DNA from: a virus
Taxonomy: Duplodnaviria; Caudoviricetes
DNA length: 52,248 nucleotides
IMG/VR virus record: IMGVR_UViG_3300009420_001906
Location: 1-52,248 of that record
Reading direction: 5' to 3' (one strand)
Shown here: positions 1 through 9,375 of the stretch, piece after piece
Layout: each line of letters starts with the position of its first letter
How positions within the stretch are numbered: the stretch's first letter is position 1
The notes under the pieces: generated by a model
The model's input: only the letters and a program-made list of their open reading frames with translations
Databases searched by the model: none
What the model was told of the DNA's origin: nothing
Made by a program: the position numbers and the translations under genes

Positions 1-612
1 ATGACACATGAATAACGATTTACCTACTCCAGTTCCTGCTAAACATATATTAAGAGTCTTCTTAGATAGCCCGCCTTTAGTAACCTTATTTAAGTAATCA
101 ATATCAAATGGTATTCTATCTTCTTTCTTATTGTAGAAATCAAACCTAGCTTCTGAATCATAGATATAATCATGACCAATATGGCTATCGAATGATACTG
201 ATAATGCGTCAGTTAGTAACTTTGGTATTTGCCCAGTATCTTTATTTTTATCTTGACCATCAATGATCTGAATACCATCCATAATAGCATTGTAGATAGC
301 TTTATCTTGACAGAACTTCTCAGTTTTATCTGTTAACCACTCTTTAATGTCTTCAGGTTGCTCAGCCATTCCTGAGATATAATCTAATCCTTGTTGACTC
401 TGATCATCTGATAAGCCGCCGGCGTTATTAAACTCTACTAGTAGAGCCTCCTTAGTAGGTAGCTTAGTATATTGCTCATAGAACTCACCTATTAAACTAA
501 ATATTTTACGTTCTGTTATGTCACTGAAGTATTCTTCTTTAATAAACGGCAAAGCTTTCTTAGTAAATTCTATATCGTAAATTAAATTACTTAAGATCTG
601 CTTTTCAATCAT
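1..612 (-). CDS. gp41: Replicative DNA helicase, N-terminal part (runs off window)
   Basis: Manual translation from ATG at 612: MIEKQILSNLIYD...GGLSKKTLNICLAGTGVGKSLFMCH (Walker A); lies downstream of uvsX as in T4-like phages; absent from ORF track because truncated. Confidence 0.93.
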   Translation of the reverse strand, partial: MIEKQILSNLIYDIEFTKKALPFIKEEYFSDITERKIFSLIGEFYEQYTKLPTKEALLVEFNNAGGLSDDQSQQGLDYISGMAEQPEDIKEWLTDKTEKFCQDKAIYNAIMDGIQIIDGQDKNKDTGQIPKLLTDALSVSFDSHIGHDYIYDSEARFDFYNKKEDRIPFDIDYLNKVTKGGLSKKTLNICLAGTGVGKSLFMCH

Positions 613-1163
613 TTGCGTTTATCCAAATTAAATGAGATTGTTATTCTCGGATTATCAGTTTCACTCTGTGTAGGCACAGAATGCTTTAGCCAACTTGGCC
701 ATATGTATATTGTATTAGCTTCCACGTTGAATTGCAAGCTTTGATTGTACCTTCCGGTTAAATAACTTCCAGCCCAGCTTCTTATTAAACCGTCCAAAGG
801 TGATTCAATATCAAAAGGAGCTGATGTCTCGTCTGCGTTTATGTATATTGTTCCGGATAGTAATGCTCTAGCATGATCATGAAAGCAATGATGATCGCCT
901 TCGCGATAGACATTCCACCAAATGTGAATATCATCTGTATCGAATTCTATGTTTCGATCTGATATTGATGAGAAGAATTGATTTCCATGCTTCATTATAG
1001 CTTGTGCTATTACAGGAAAGGATTCTATTGGGAAACTATCTTCATCAAAGTATGATGTATAGTTTGTGTTTTGTGATCTTGCTGCTAAGATTTCTTTTGC
1101 TATCTTACTACAGGGAAGCTCAAGCTTCTCCTTCAGCAGCGGGATCGGGAACAAGTCCATCAT
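609..1163 (-). CDS. 2OG-Fe(II) oxygenase-like protein
   Basis: LFPIP start, WWNVY..G.HH..HDH, LSGTIYI, WPSWLKHSV, RITISFNL motifs; start moved from 1214 to ATG 1163 to reduce overlap with uvsX. Confidence 0.75.
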   Translation of the reverse strand: MMDLFPIPLLKEKLELPCSKIAKEILAARSQNTNYTSYFDEDSFPIESFPVIAQAIMKHGNQFFSSISDRNIEFDTDDIHIWWNVYREGDHHCFHDHARALLSGTIYINADETSAPFDIESPLDGLIRSWAGSYLTGRYNQSLQFNVEANTIYIWPSWLKHSVPTQSETDNPRITISFNLDKRK

Positions 1164-2190
1164 AACTGTCGTCCTCAACTCCATACATAAATTCTTTCTT
1201 CGCGGCCATGTCAATCTGAGTTAATAGCTCTTCAGTAAAATATTCTGTAGGATTTTCATATATAGTCTTAGCATAGACTTTACGCCCATCTGGCATCTCT
1301 ATTCTTGTGGATACCTTCTTTACAATACCATATTTCTCGGCTAAGTCAAGCAGCCCATAATATCGATCTAAACCTTTCTCGAATGATAATTTAACTTCAA
1401 CAAGCTTACCTTCTTTAGATAGTCTTGATTTATGCATTCTTGCTTTAATAATATTGCCGACTAGCTCTGTGCCTTCTTTATCTTTCTTCTTACCTAGCAT
1501 AATGATAGTAGACGCAGCATACTTAAGCCCTGAACCGCCACCAATCTCTTTGGTAGGGAACAATGAACCAATAGCATCGTATACATGATTAGTAACTAAC
1601 ATAGGAACTTTGATCTTAGCCAGTTTAAGAGTTAATACCCTAAAGGTCGCCTTTATGAGCTGAGCCTTAGTCATATCCCTTGTCTCTTTACCGCTCGCGG
1701 TATCTTCTATCTCTTTGGTAGTACTGAGTAGGCCTAACGAATCTAACACAAACATCATAGGAGGACGTCTGCCAGCTGGTTGGCTCTGATAGTTATCAAT
1801 TACTCTTAATGCATGAGTTCTGAATGACTGAATCGTATCAGGTTCTGCTAAGATAACTCTCTTAGTATCAATCCCTCTATCTTCCATCATTCCTTTTGTG
1901 ACAGCAGCTTCAGTATCGTAGAACACAACACCTGCTTCTGGATCGTTGTCTAGGAAGCTTCTTATCACTCCTAGCACAAAAAAGGTTTTGCCAGTTGCAG
2001 ATTCACCAGCGAAGGCAGTAACCTTATTATTAGGAACACCTCCGTAAATAGAACCTGAACACGCAGCATTAAGTATATAAGAACCAGTATCAACTGTTCC
2101 TGTAAACTCTGCTGAGCCTTCTCCATCATATGCTATGACCGTATCTTCATCCTTGAGATCTTCGACCATATTTCTAAAAAAATCACTCAT
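1120..2190 (-). CDS. uvsX: RecA-like recombinase UvsX
   Basis: GESATGKT Walker A, YDTEAA, VLDSLG, GGGSGLKYAAS. Confidence 0.96.
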   Translation of the reverse strand: MSDFFRNMVEDLKDEDTVIAYDGEGSAEFTGTVDTGSYILNAACSGSIYGGVPNNKVTAFAGESATGKTFFVLGVIRSFLDNDPEAGVVFYDTEAAVTKGMMEDRGIDTKRVILAEPDTIQSFRTHALRVIDNYQSQPAGRRPPMMFVLDSLGLLSTTKEIEDTASGKETRDMTKAQLIKATFRVLTLKLAKIKVPMLVTNHVYDAIGSLFPTKEIGGGSGLKYAASTIIMLGKKKDKEGTELVGNIIKARMHKSRLSKEGKLVEVKLSFEKGLDRYYGLLDLAEKYGIVKKVSTRIEMPDGRKVYAKTIYENPTEYFTEELLTQIDMAAKKEFMYGVEDDSYDGLVPDPAAEGEA

Positions 2191-2212
2191 TCTTTATTCC
2201 TCACTTTTATAT

Positions 2213-2241
2213 ATTATATACTATTTTAGGTTGAAAGTCAA
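2213..2241 (-). promoter_or_regulatory. Sigma70-type promoter for uvsX
   Basis: TTGACT-17bp-TATAAT on minus strand upstream of uvsX. Confidence 0.8.
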
Positions 2242-2507
2242 CCTTTAAACACTTTATCTAAAGCGTCTGAAAACTCTTCTATCTTATCATTCCGGTTAGG
2301 CCAGTAGATATAATCCTTCTCAGGATTCTTTTTAAGATTGCTCAATAATGGTTGCACCATATTGTATAGTTTATTTAATCGATCTTCTAGATCATCAGCT
2401 CCTGCGTTTGCTGATGCAACCGCGGCTTTACCAGTTTGGACGGCTTCTAGCTCGTCCTCATCCATTGCTGAAAATCCAAAGTCGAAGCTGTAGTCTGTAT
2501 TAGCCAA
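2238..2507 (-). CDS. Hypothetical protein
   Basis: 89 aa ORF (FDFGF...LL.NLK.NPEK.YI.WPNR) tightly packed between gp43 and uvsX. Confidence 0.75.
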   Translation of the reverse strand: MANTDYSFDFGFSAMDEDELEAVQTGKAAVASANAGADDLEDRLNKLYNMVQPLLSNLKKNPEKDYIYWPNRNDKIEEFSDALDKVFKG

Positions 2508-5007
2508 ATAACACCTCCAGTGTTTGTCTCGTTTCTACATTCCAACCAATTGCGTGAATAATGGTCTTCATAGGTTCGAGAAAAGATTTATCGAACTGCA
2601 AATCATAATCTATATATTGATTCAAACCTAATTCATGAGGAAGAGTATTCGGCACAGCGATTATATTCTCCCTACTAGGGTTAGGCAGCTTCAGGTAGCA
2701 GAACTTAACTTTATCTCCTTCCATTACAGGTTGAAATCTTTCTACCTTTTTCTCTTTAAGTAGATAATTATACATCAACGCACCTCGTACGTGGATAGGA
2801 GTCCCTTTCTTATATATTTGTGAAGCGTCCATATATTTAGCTAGACCTTTACACCCTCGAGGAAAAGCCACGTCTTCAAAATTCTGAGATCTGAAATCAG
2901 CGCGCTTATTCTCAATAAACTTAATAACAGATTGCTCGTCTTCATTAATAATAACGTTGATAGCTTCTTTAATGTATTGTCTTACAATACTAGGAGTAGA
3001 AGATCTAACAGCTTCAATGCCCATCATTTTTAGTTTAGGCTCTTTATATCTTACACCTTCACTATCATGCACATTCATAATATATCTTTTCTTCGCAGTC
3101 CAGATAGCTTTATCACCTATATTTTCTCGCTTCATGAACATCTTCTGGTCCATAGCATTTACATAGGTCGCAAGCTCTCCATAAGATTTTTCAATTTCCG
3201 GTTCAAGAATCTCCTCGCAGGACTTATCAAGAAAGTCGATGATCCGTGAAGTCTCACCGCCTGCTGGAAACACTTTTTGTACAAGTGCGTCCAAAGTAAC
3301 ATATACTGAATCCGTATCAATCGCAACAACATAATCTTTATCCTCTGTTTTTAAAGTTTTATTTAAAAACTGGTTTAGAGTCCTTTCAATCCATCTGATA
3401 GATAACTGACCGCCTTTAGTGATTGACTCTGTATTGTTCATATCAAAGAATCTAAAGTATTCATTACCTAACGCACCATAAGCTGAGTTAAGTTGAATCT
3501 TTTTAGCCATCTGCATATTATAGCATTGACTAATCTCATTCTCTAATTTTTTAGTAGGATCTTTCTGATATTGCTTTTGAGCTTTAATCATTCGGTCCTT
3601 CCAAATGACTCTATCATCATACATCTTACGCATTAACTTAGGTAAGAAGCCTTCAAAATCTCTCGTATATAAATCCCCATTAGCAGATATAACATTATTC
3701 TCTTCTAAGAGACTTTCTCTTACTTTATCGAGTGCACCATCTAATATCTGATCTACTGATGGAGCAAATCCTGATTTTCCCATCCAGGTTTCAGGTGATA
3801 TATTATATTGCATAATTAAATGAGGATACAGAGAGTTTAAATCAAAGCTAACAACCCAATTATGCATACCTACTTGAGGATCTTTAACGTATGCACCTTC
3901 AGCCTGTCTGTCCTTGTTGGATCTTATAAACTGAGGTACTACTATATTCTTCTTAGACAGGTAGTTATGAATAATAAGATCCCATAATCTAACTGATGTG
4001 AATGTGTCTTGAAAATTAACCTTAGCATCATATGCAATAGCATATACTTGCTCAATAAGTTTTAACTTATCATCTAGCTTTCGAATAAGCTCAACATCTT
4101 TAATATTGTAGTCAATAAACTTATCCCAATCAGTCTTATAGAGATCAAAAAGACTATCATGATCAGAGTAGTCTAATTTTTTCTCACCTAATTCAACGTG
4201 AGCAATATTATCTAATCTATATGACTCTTGCATAACATAAGTAAACTTACGATACATCTGTAAGTAGTCTAATGTACTAACACCAACTATATCATAAAAC
4301 TGATTTGTTCTACCTGCAATAGTAACTTCACGTTCTTTTAAAACTTCGAATGGAGATAATTTCTGAGCCATATCACGACCAATTATCTGATCCATTCTAT
4401 TAATTATATAAGGAATATCAAAACCTTCTACATTCCATCCAGTAACAACATCTGGATCAATAGCGCGCCAGCAATCTAAGAATCTCATTAATAGATTAGC
4501 TTCATCTGTACAGAGAATATACTCTACATTATCTGCTTTTGGTGTGTAAGGTTGACATCCTAATGCTACATATTGACCATTAAATTCTAATGTAATAGCA
4601 TTTATTTCTTTATCTGCTTTTCTTATATCAGGGAAGCCTTCATCTGCAGCTACCTCAATATCAACATTAATTACTCTTATTAGATCAGCATCATATTTGA
4701 AGCCATCATCATAATTATCATTAATATATGTATATGCAAACATCGGTAGACCATATATTGATCTTCCTGAGATATCTTTATTTTCTTGAATATATTTCTG
4801 TGCGTAATGAGGATTATCGAATTCCTTCTTCATTACTTTTTGACCTTTTAGAGTTGTATATCCGGTCTCCTGTTGAACAGGTCCGGTAAACATATAAGGT
4901 CGGCAGGGCTCGGAGTAACTGAAACGTTCTCCATTATCATAACCACGATGAAGGATCTTTGATCCTCTCAATAATACATTAGTATAGAATTTAGACATGG
5001 TTCTCAC
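2500..5007 (-). CDS. gp43: Family B DNA polymerase
   Basis: Exo DIE and GWNVEGFDIPY; polymerase SFDLNSLYPH, KKIQLNSAYG, DTDS; no intein or split. Confidence 0.97.
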   Translation of the reverse strand: MRTMSKFYTNVLLRGSKILHRGYDNGERFSYSEPCRPYMFTGPVQQETGYTTLKGQKVMKKEFDNPHYAQKYIQENKDISGRSIYGLPMFAYTYINDNYDDGFKYDADLIRVINVDIEVAADEGFPDIRKADKEINAITLEFNGQYVALGCQPYTPKADNVEYILCTDEANLLMRFLDCWRAIDPDVVTGWNVEGFDIPYIINRMDQIIGRDMAQKLSPFEVLKEREVTIAGRTNQFYDIVGVSTLDYLQMYRKFTYVMQESYRLDNIAHVELGEKKLDYSDHDSLFDLYKTDWDKFIDYNIKDVELIRKLDDKLKLIEQVYAIAYDAKVNFQDTFTSVRLWDLIIHNYLSKKNIVVPQFIRSNKDRQAEGAYVKDPQVGMHNWVVSFDLNSLYPHLIMQYNISPETWMGKSGFAPSVDQILDGALDKVRESLLEENNVISANGDLYTRDFEGFLPKLMRKMYDDRVIWKDRMIKAQKQYQKDPTKKLENEISQCYNMQMAKKIQLNSAYGALGNEYFRFFDMNNTESITKGGQLSIRWIERTLNQFLNKTLKTEDKDYVVAIDTDSVYVTLDALVQKVFPAGGETSRIIDFLDKSCEEILEPEIEKSYGELATYVNAMDQKMFMKRENIGDKAIWTAKKRYIMNVHDSEGVRYKEPKLKMMGIEAVRSSTPSIVRQYIKEAINVIINEDEQSVIKFIENKRADFRSQNFEDVAFPRGCKGLAKYMDASQIYKKGTPIHVRGALMYNYLLKEKKVERFQPVMEGDKVKFCYLKLPNPSRENIIAVPNTLPHELGLNQYIDYDLQFDKSFLEPMKTIIHAIGWNVETRQTLEVLFG

Positions 5008-5024
5008 TTAGGTTCATAATATAT

Positions 5025-5053
5025 ATTATAGTCTCAAACGGACCATAATGCAA
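5025..5053 (-). promoter_or_regulatory. Sigma70-type promoter for gp43
   Basis: TTGCAT-17bp-TATAAT. Confidence 0.75.
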
Positions 5054-5061
5054 GCTATTTT

Positions 5062-5400
5062 TTAGTTATGTGTTACTTCGCCAGTAGATAATACAATAAG
5101 GTCTATTCTAGAGTTGATGTATGCAGGTATCCCAGCATCCATTGATCCATCGGAATGAGCTGTGACAGCAGTTACAAGTGCAGGCCAGTCAGCAGCATCT
5201 ACAGCTGCAATTTCATCAGCATTAAGTGTACTGACGTTGTCTAGCACAATAATAGCATGTTGAATAATAGAAGGAACTGCATTAAAATCAGCTATCTTAG
5301 CCGTCGTCTGATTAATAGCAGCTGTTACATCGCTATCAAGGACAGTCGCAGCAGTCCAGATTTGTATCTCTATTTTTAAAATATCGCTTTGAACAGCCAT
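5062..5400 (-). CDS. Hypothetical Ala-rich protein
   Basis: 112 aa ORF with GGAG RBS and late-type CTAAATA at 5428-5434. Confidence 0.7.
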   Translation of the reverse strand: MAVQSDILKIEIQIWTAATVLDSDVTAAINQTTAKIADFNAVPSIIQHAIIVLDNVSTLNADEIAAVDAADWPALVTAVTAHSDGSMDAGIPAYINSRIDLIVLSTGEVTHN

Positions 5401-5438
5401 AATTTACTCCAAGTTGTTTATGATATATATTTAGCTTA

Positions 5439-5573
5439 TTAGGCACTTAACATTATAATTACTACCGGCAGGAAGGGGATTAAGAGACCGGCTAAAAACA
5501 TTAAAGTTTCTACCATGGCATCTGTATCACACTCATCTACACGTGCAGTGATCGCTTTGATCATCGCGGACAT
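5439..5573 (-). CDS. Small membrane protein (44 aa, not in ORF track)
   Basis: MSAMIKAITARVDECDTDAMVETLMFLAGLLIPFLPVVIIMLSA; GGAG RBS 6 nt upstream; TATAAATA at 5628-5635. Confidence 0.65.
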   Translation of the reverse strand: MSAMIKAITARVDECDTDAMVETLMFLAGLLIPFLPVVIIMLSA

Positions 5574-5627
5574 TTTCTACTCCAAGGGAAAGGGTTATTA
5601 GGTTGATTTATATCTTCCTATCACGTT

Positions 5628-5635
5628 TATTTATA
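5628..5635 (-). promoter_or_regulatory. T4-type late promoter
   Basis: Exact TATAAATA in intergenic DNA. Confidence 0.7.
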
Positions 5636-5636
5636 A

Positions 5637-5659
5637 TAGCCGACCACGCAGGCCGGCTA
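5637..5659 (-). terminator. Stem-loop downstream of hsp20 (possible terminator)
   Basis: TAGCCGGCC-TGCGT-GGTCGGCTA hairpin with only a short U tract; second hairpin at 5665-5687. Confidence 0.5.
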
Positions 5660-5701
5660 CTAATCCCCATGATTTTTGTTTATGGGGTGTATCGGCTGAG
5701 G

Positions 5702-6148
5702 TTATTCAGCTAAGAAAGAAGCAACCCTGATATCCTTTCCAATATCGATTTTCTTAGGTTGTTTTTCTTCAGGAATCACTTTTTCTAACTTAATAGTTAG
5801 AATTCCATTCTCTACATCTGCACGAGTAACAACAACATCTTGAGCTAGTACAAAGTTCTTATCAAAGGCTCTATTCGAGATCCCTTGATGAACTGTGTTA
5901 GCTTTTTCTTTGTCTTCAATATTGCCTGATACGCGAAGATTGTTCTCCTGCATAGAAATATCGATGTCCTTCTTGCCAAATCCAGCAATAGCCATCTCAA
6001 TAACATAGTTATTCTCGTCAACATTAATGATGTTGAAAGGTGGATAGTTTGTGGTTTGTAGTGTTTTGGTTCTATTCAATTCTGAAAAGAGTTGATCTAG
6101 GCCAATTGAGTATTGATAGAATTTATCAAACGGGTTTATACTTGTCAT
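5702..6148 (-). CDS. hsp20: Small heat-shock protein (Hsp20/IbpA-like)
   Basis: NYPPFNI, IEMAIAGF, HQGISNRAF, NGILTI, PEEKQPKKI. Confidence 0.95.
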   Translation of the reverse strand: MTSINPFDKFYQYSIGLDQLFSELNRTKTLQTTNYPPFNIINVDENNYVIEMAIAGFGKKDIDISMQENNLRVSGNIEDKEKANTVHQGISNRAFDKNFVLAQDVVVTRADVENGILTIKLEKVIPEEKQPKKIDIGKDIRVASFLAE

Positions 6149-6217
6149 AATAGTCTCCTTTAAAAAGCAAGTTTTTATATAAAGGCCCGATAATTCGGCA
6201 CCTTACATAGTATATAG
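6149..6217 (-). promoter_or_regulatory. ROSE-like RNA thermometer leader of hsp20
   Basis: CUUGCUU can pair with AAGGAG (SD) with a bulged G; upstream hairpin at 6182-6204. Confidence 0.6.
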
Positions 6218-6228
6218 GCAACCAGCAA

Positions 6229-6915
6229 TCAACAATCAACTAGGAATAGTCCTAGTATAAAGTCTCTTGATTCTGCTGTTCTTATTCCTGTTACTTGAAG
6301 TGTTACTCTAGGATGATGACCAGCATTAGCCGTTGAGTGAGGTACATCTTGCCATTTAAATGTAGTAACATCTCCTGCTTTCCAGTGTTCAAATGTATAG
6401 TTACCATAAGAGAACCATTGTCCTGGTCTCCAATCAGTTAACTGTACCATATATCTCTCTACTGAGTCAGGATTATCAGGTGCCCACTTCTCTAGCTTAT
6501 CCATATGTAAGTTCCATACTTGACCAGGAAACTGTACATGCACTCTAGTCATCTGTCTCTCTAATTTAAACTCATCAGCTATAGATTGTATACTGTCTGG
6601 GACGTCCCAGTTAAGATTACTTATAATATGATCAGCTTCATAGCCTGTGTTCTCTAGGTCATACTCCTCTGCTTGAAACTCTTCTTCTTTTCTAGATCTT
6701 ACACCTATCTTACTATGCTTATCTTTATTGCCTCTTGTGCGCCAAGTAGCTCCGTATGACTCATCAATAACTTGTTTTAGATCAGTAGCAGGTACTCTGC
6801 TTAGATCAATATGGCCAACTCTGTCTATTCTATCATACTGAGGGTCAATTAAATCAGGATCGAAATGATAATTACTTCTCTCTTTATTTTTATCCCAACT
6901 GCTGCTCATGCCCAT
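6229..6915 (-). CDS. Cupin/2OG-Fe(II) oxygenase-like protein
   Basis: HxD (LHMD) ... PHSTAN ... RVTLQVTG. Confidence 0.65.
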   Translation of the reverse strand: MGMSSSWDKNKERSNYHFDPDLIDPQYDRIDRVGHIDLSRVPATDLKQVIDESYGATWRTRGNKDKHSKIGVRSRKEEEFQAEEYDLENTGYEADHIISNLNWDVPDSIQSIADEFKLERQMTRVHVQFPGQVWNLHMDKLEKWAPDNPDSVERYMVQLTDWRPGQWFSYGNYTFEHWKAGDVTTFKWQDVPHSTANAGHHPRVTLQVTGIRTAESRDFILGLFLVDC

Positions 6916-7514
6916 TTATGTCCGTTCACTTCAATTTGAGTATCATATGTAAATTCACAATTAATACTTACTCTAGCTTCATTGCTCCAATTAGTAGCAG
7001 GCTTATGCATCATCCAACCTGGCATTGTATACATTACGCCTTCTACAACTTCTAATTCTATAACCTTTGGTCCTTCAAAAGGACATACATCTACTACTTG
7101 TAACCCAGCTGATCCTGGTCTAAGGTATGTTACAAAGTTAACAGATGCTGATCTACTATGATTGTGCCAATGATTAGTATGCTTATCTTTGTCTTGAAAA
7201 TAGCTCCATGCTTGAAAATTCTCAATAAAATGATCCTGGAATCCTTTCATGTTAAATTTGTTTAATATGCGGCTACATGAGTATTTTAGTATATCTAATA
7301 CTTCAGGTATTTCTATCATTGACTGCAGAATCGGTAAGTCTCCTTTCGCTGGTTGCAGCTTGCATAACTCAGAGTAATGCTCTTTTAAATGGAATAATTG
7401 TGGATCTCTATATCCTTTTATAAAGTCTGTTATACATGATCTGCCGCCACCATATTGCGCTTGTGGTTCTGGGTCAAATCTTAGATCTACTAGATGCATA
7501 TATGTTCCTGTCAC
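6906..7514 (-). CDS. 2OG-Fe(II) oxygenase-like protein
   Basis: WHNH, VNFVTYL, PGWMMHKP, RVSINCE. Confidence 0.65.
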   Translation of the reverse strand: MTGTYMHLVDLRFDPEPQAQYGGGRSCITDFIKGYRDPQLFHLKEHYSELCKLQPAKGDLPILQSMIEIPEVLDILKYSCSRILNKFNMKGFQDHFIENFQAWSYFQDKDKHTNHWHNHSRSASVNFVTYLRPGSAGLQVVDVCPFEGPKVIELEVVEGVMYTMPGWMMHKPATNWSNEARVSINCEFTYDTQIEVNGHKWA

Positions 7515-7520
7515 GAGAGC

Positions 7521-8420
7521 TTATGAATAGCCTGCGCCGGGCTTTGCCACGGGGAGAGAGCTTAGCTCGTTCACTAGATATTTTGCGAATCTTTTATGTA
7601 CTGCCATAGTCGGATGATGAAATCCATGAACTTGGCCTCCATGTTGATGCATGTCTGTATCAGCAACTTCATACTCAGTCATTCGCTCATATGATTGTAA
7701 ACAGTAGTCCCAGAACTCCCATTCAGGTCCTAACTCAATATCATTATAAGCTTTGTAAGGTCTCTCAGTTTTTGGGAGATCTACTTTGAGATATTCTTTA
7801 CTAATGTGATGAATAAAATTAAATTTAAATTTATTAACGATAGCAAAGTCGATAATTGCATTAACTGATTTCCAGTATTCGGCTGTCTGACGATAGTCAC
7901 TTAAAAAGTTTAGCAATGGTTTCATATTACCTAATAGATGATCTGTAAGAGGTGTTGCTCTCTGGCCGTCACTGATAGACATTCGATGATGATATGTCAT
8001 ATCAAATTTACCAGTCTTCTTACTAAGGGAGTATGTTCTTGTTGGACGAGTTAGTCCTACGAATAGATGATCAGTCTTCGGATCTAAGGCGCCGCTCATA
8101 TGATCTTGTTGTATTTTAAGTAAAGCATAATCAAGAGGCATTGCTATGATGCACCGCTTTACACACTCACGCTTTCTTAGCTTAGACATAACGTTAGGAT
8201 AAGCTGTTTGCACATCTCTATGTATAAACTCCCATAGAGTTGTCTTACATGCCTCAGCTAAAACTTTATGGTGACTGCGCATAGCTAATTCTAAGCCATG
8301 CTCAGCTTTATGTGCTTTCTTTTGGATATCTAGTTCAGCAGGATCTACATCTAGAATTAGGTGGTCTTCAATTTCGATTCCCATCATATGGCTACAGCCA
8401 TAAAACACGTCTCTTTTCAT
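7521..8420 (-). CDS. SGNH/GDSL hydrolase-like protein
   Basis: N-terminal YGCSHMMG and C-terminal HHP...HKRFA resemble SGNH blocks I and V. Confidence 0.55.
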   Translation of the reverse strand: MKRDVFYGCSHMMGIEIEDHLILDVDPAELDIQKKAHKAEHGLELAMRSHHKVLAEACKTTLWEFIHRDVQTAYPNVMSKLRKRECVKRCIIAMPLDYALLKIQQDHMSGALDPKTDHLFVGLTRPTRTYSLSKKTGKFDMTYHHRMSISDGQRATPLTDHLLGNMKPLLNFLSDYRQTAEYWKSVNAIIDFAIVNKFKFNFIHHISKEYLKVDLPKTERPYKAYNDIELGPEWEFWDYCLQSYERMTEYEVADTDMHQHGGQVHGFHHPTMAVHKRFAKYLVNELSSLPVAKPGAGYS

Positions 8421-8442
8421 AATATACCTTTAAGGGTCGAAG

Positions 8443-8841
8443 CTACTTCTTTTTACCGATGTTATACTTCGTTACAAGCTCCCATTGAGATTTCTCACCA
8501 AAGGGAATGATTTTGATTCTACTAATTGGTACAGTAGGTTCTTTTATTTTCTCTGGACTGACTAAGATCACTAGACCCCAATCTGATAGTAATTTTGTTA
8601 TGGAGTTTCTTCTGCCAGTATCTTCTTGTGTAAAGTCGAATGGCTTACCGTCTAGAGCAAAGAGCTCTTTGAAGTGGACGATATAGTATCTACCTTGTTT
8701 ATGAAGTATGTGGCAAGATTGAAACAGTGTGTTGTTCTTTCTGGAAGCTACACCAATTCGTGTAAGTGTCTCTCTCACTTTTAAGAAATCATCTTCTTCT
8801 GCTAACTTCACTTCGATCATCTTATCGACTTGACTCATCAT
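8443..8841 (-). CDS. regA: Translational repressor RegA
   Basis: DDFLKVRETLTRIGVAS, QSCHILHKQGRYYIVHFKELFALDG. Confidence 0.97.
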   Translation of the reverse strand: MMSQVDKMIEVKLAEEDDFLKVRETLTRIGVASRKNNTLFQSCHILHKQGRYYIVHFKELFALDGKPFDFTQEDTGRRNSITKLLSDWGLVILVSPEKIKEPTVPISRIKIIPFGEKSQWELVTKYNIGKKK

Positions 8842-9217
8842 TTGTACCTTTATTTAACCTTAGGCGTATTTCTTCAATTTGCTCTACGTTTAGTATTCTG
8901 TTATATTCAAGAGCCTTCGAATCACTACAATTATAATATTCCTTGATAATGTTTACGACATCGCTTTTAGCCTTCTTAGGCCACTTGCTAAATCTTTTTC
9001 GAGGTCTGATACTATTTAGGTAATAGTCATACGCTAGCTTTGAGTCTAGCCCGGCTCTTTGGTTCATTTCATTAGCTTGAAGCACAGTATCTGGATACAA
9101 AGATAGTCCTCGATTAACCATAAAGGCAGGATAGTCCTTTTCGGCCTCAGGATCATTCTCCATTAAGTCATTTTTCTTAAAGGATATCGAGTTTATGTAG
9201 TCGAAAGGATTAGCCAT
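8822..9217 (-). CDS. gp62: Clamp loader small subunit
   Basis: PFDYINSI, Y.AFMVNRGLS, ANEMN, RKRFSKW; position before regA. Confidence 0.93.
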   Translation of the reverse strand: MANPFDYINSISFKKNDLMENDPEAEKDYPAFMVNRGLSLYPDTVLQANEMNQRAGLDSKLAYDYYLNSIRPRKRFSKWPKKAKSDVVNIIKEYYNCSDSKALEYNRILNVEQIEEIRLRLNKGTNDESSR

Positions 9218-9375
9218 TACCAGTGATGTACCACACCTGATGCAATAAATAAACAGGTTATAAAATTAGTTAATACAATAGCAGATCTAAATAGGGCTAC
9301 TATATTAGCCTCATCATCAGAACTGCCTTCTTTCTCACCTAGGCTCTTGGCCCAGAGTCTCCAAATCTTTGACAT
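9217..9375 (-). CDS. Small membrane protein (52 aa, not in ORF track)
   Basis: MSKIWRLWAKSLGEKEGSSDDEANIVALFRSAIVLTNFITCLFIASGVVHHW; fills the gap and ends in a TAATG overlap with gp62. Confidence 0.7.
   Translation of the reverse strand: MSKIWRLWAKSLGEKEGSSDDEANIVALFRSAIVLTNFITCLFIASGVVHHW

Noticed and set aside
5401-5700. Possible tRNA or ncRNA in the largest apparent intergenic gap
   Set aside because: No cloverleaf or T-loop; explained by a small ORF, late promoters and hairpins
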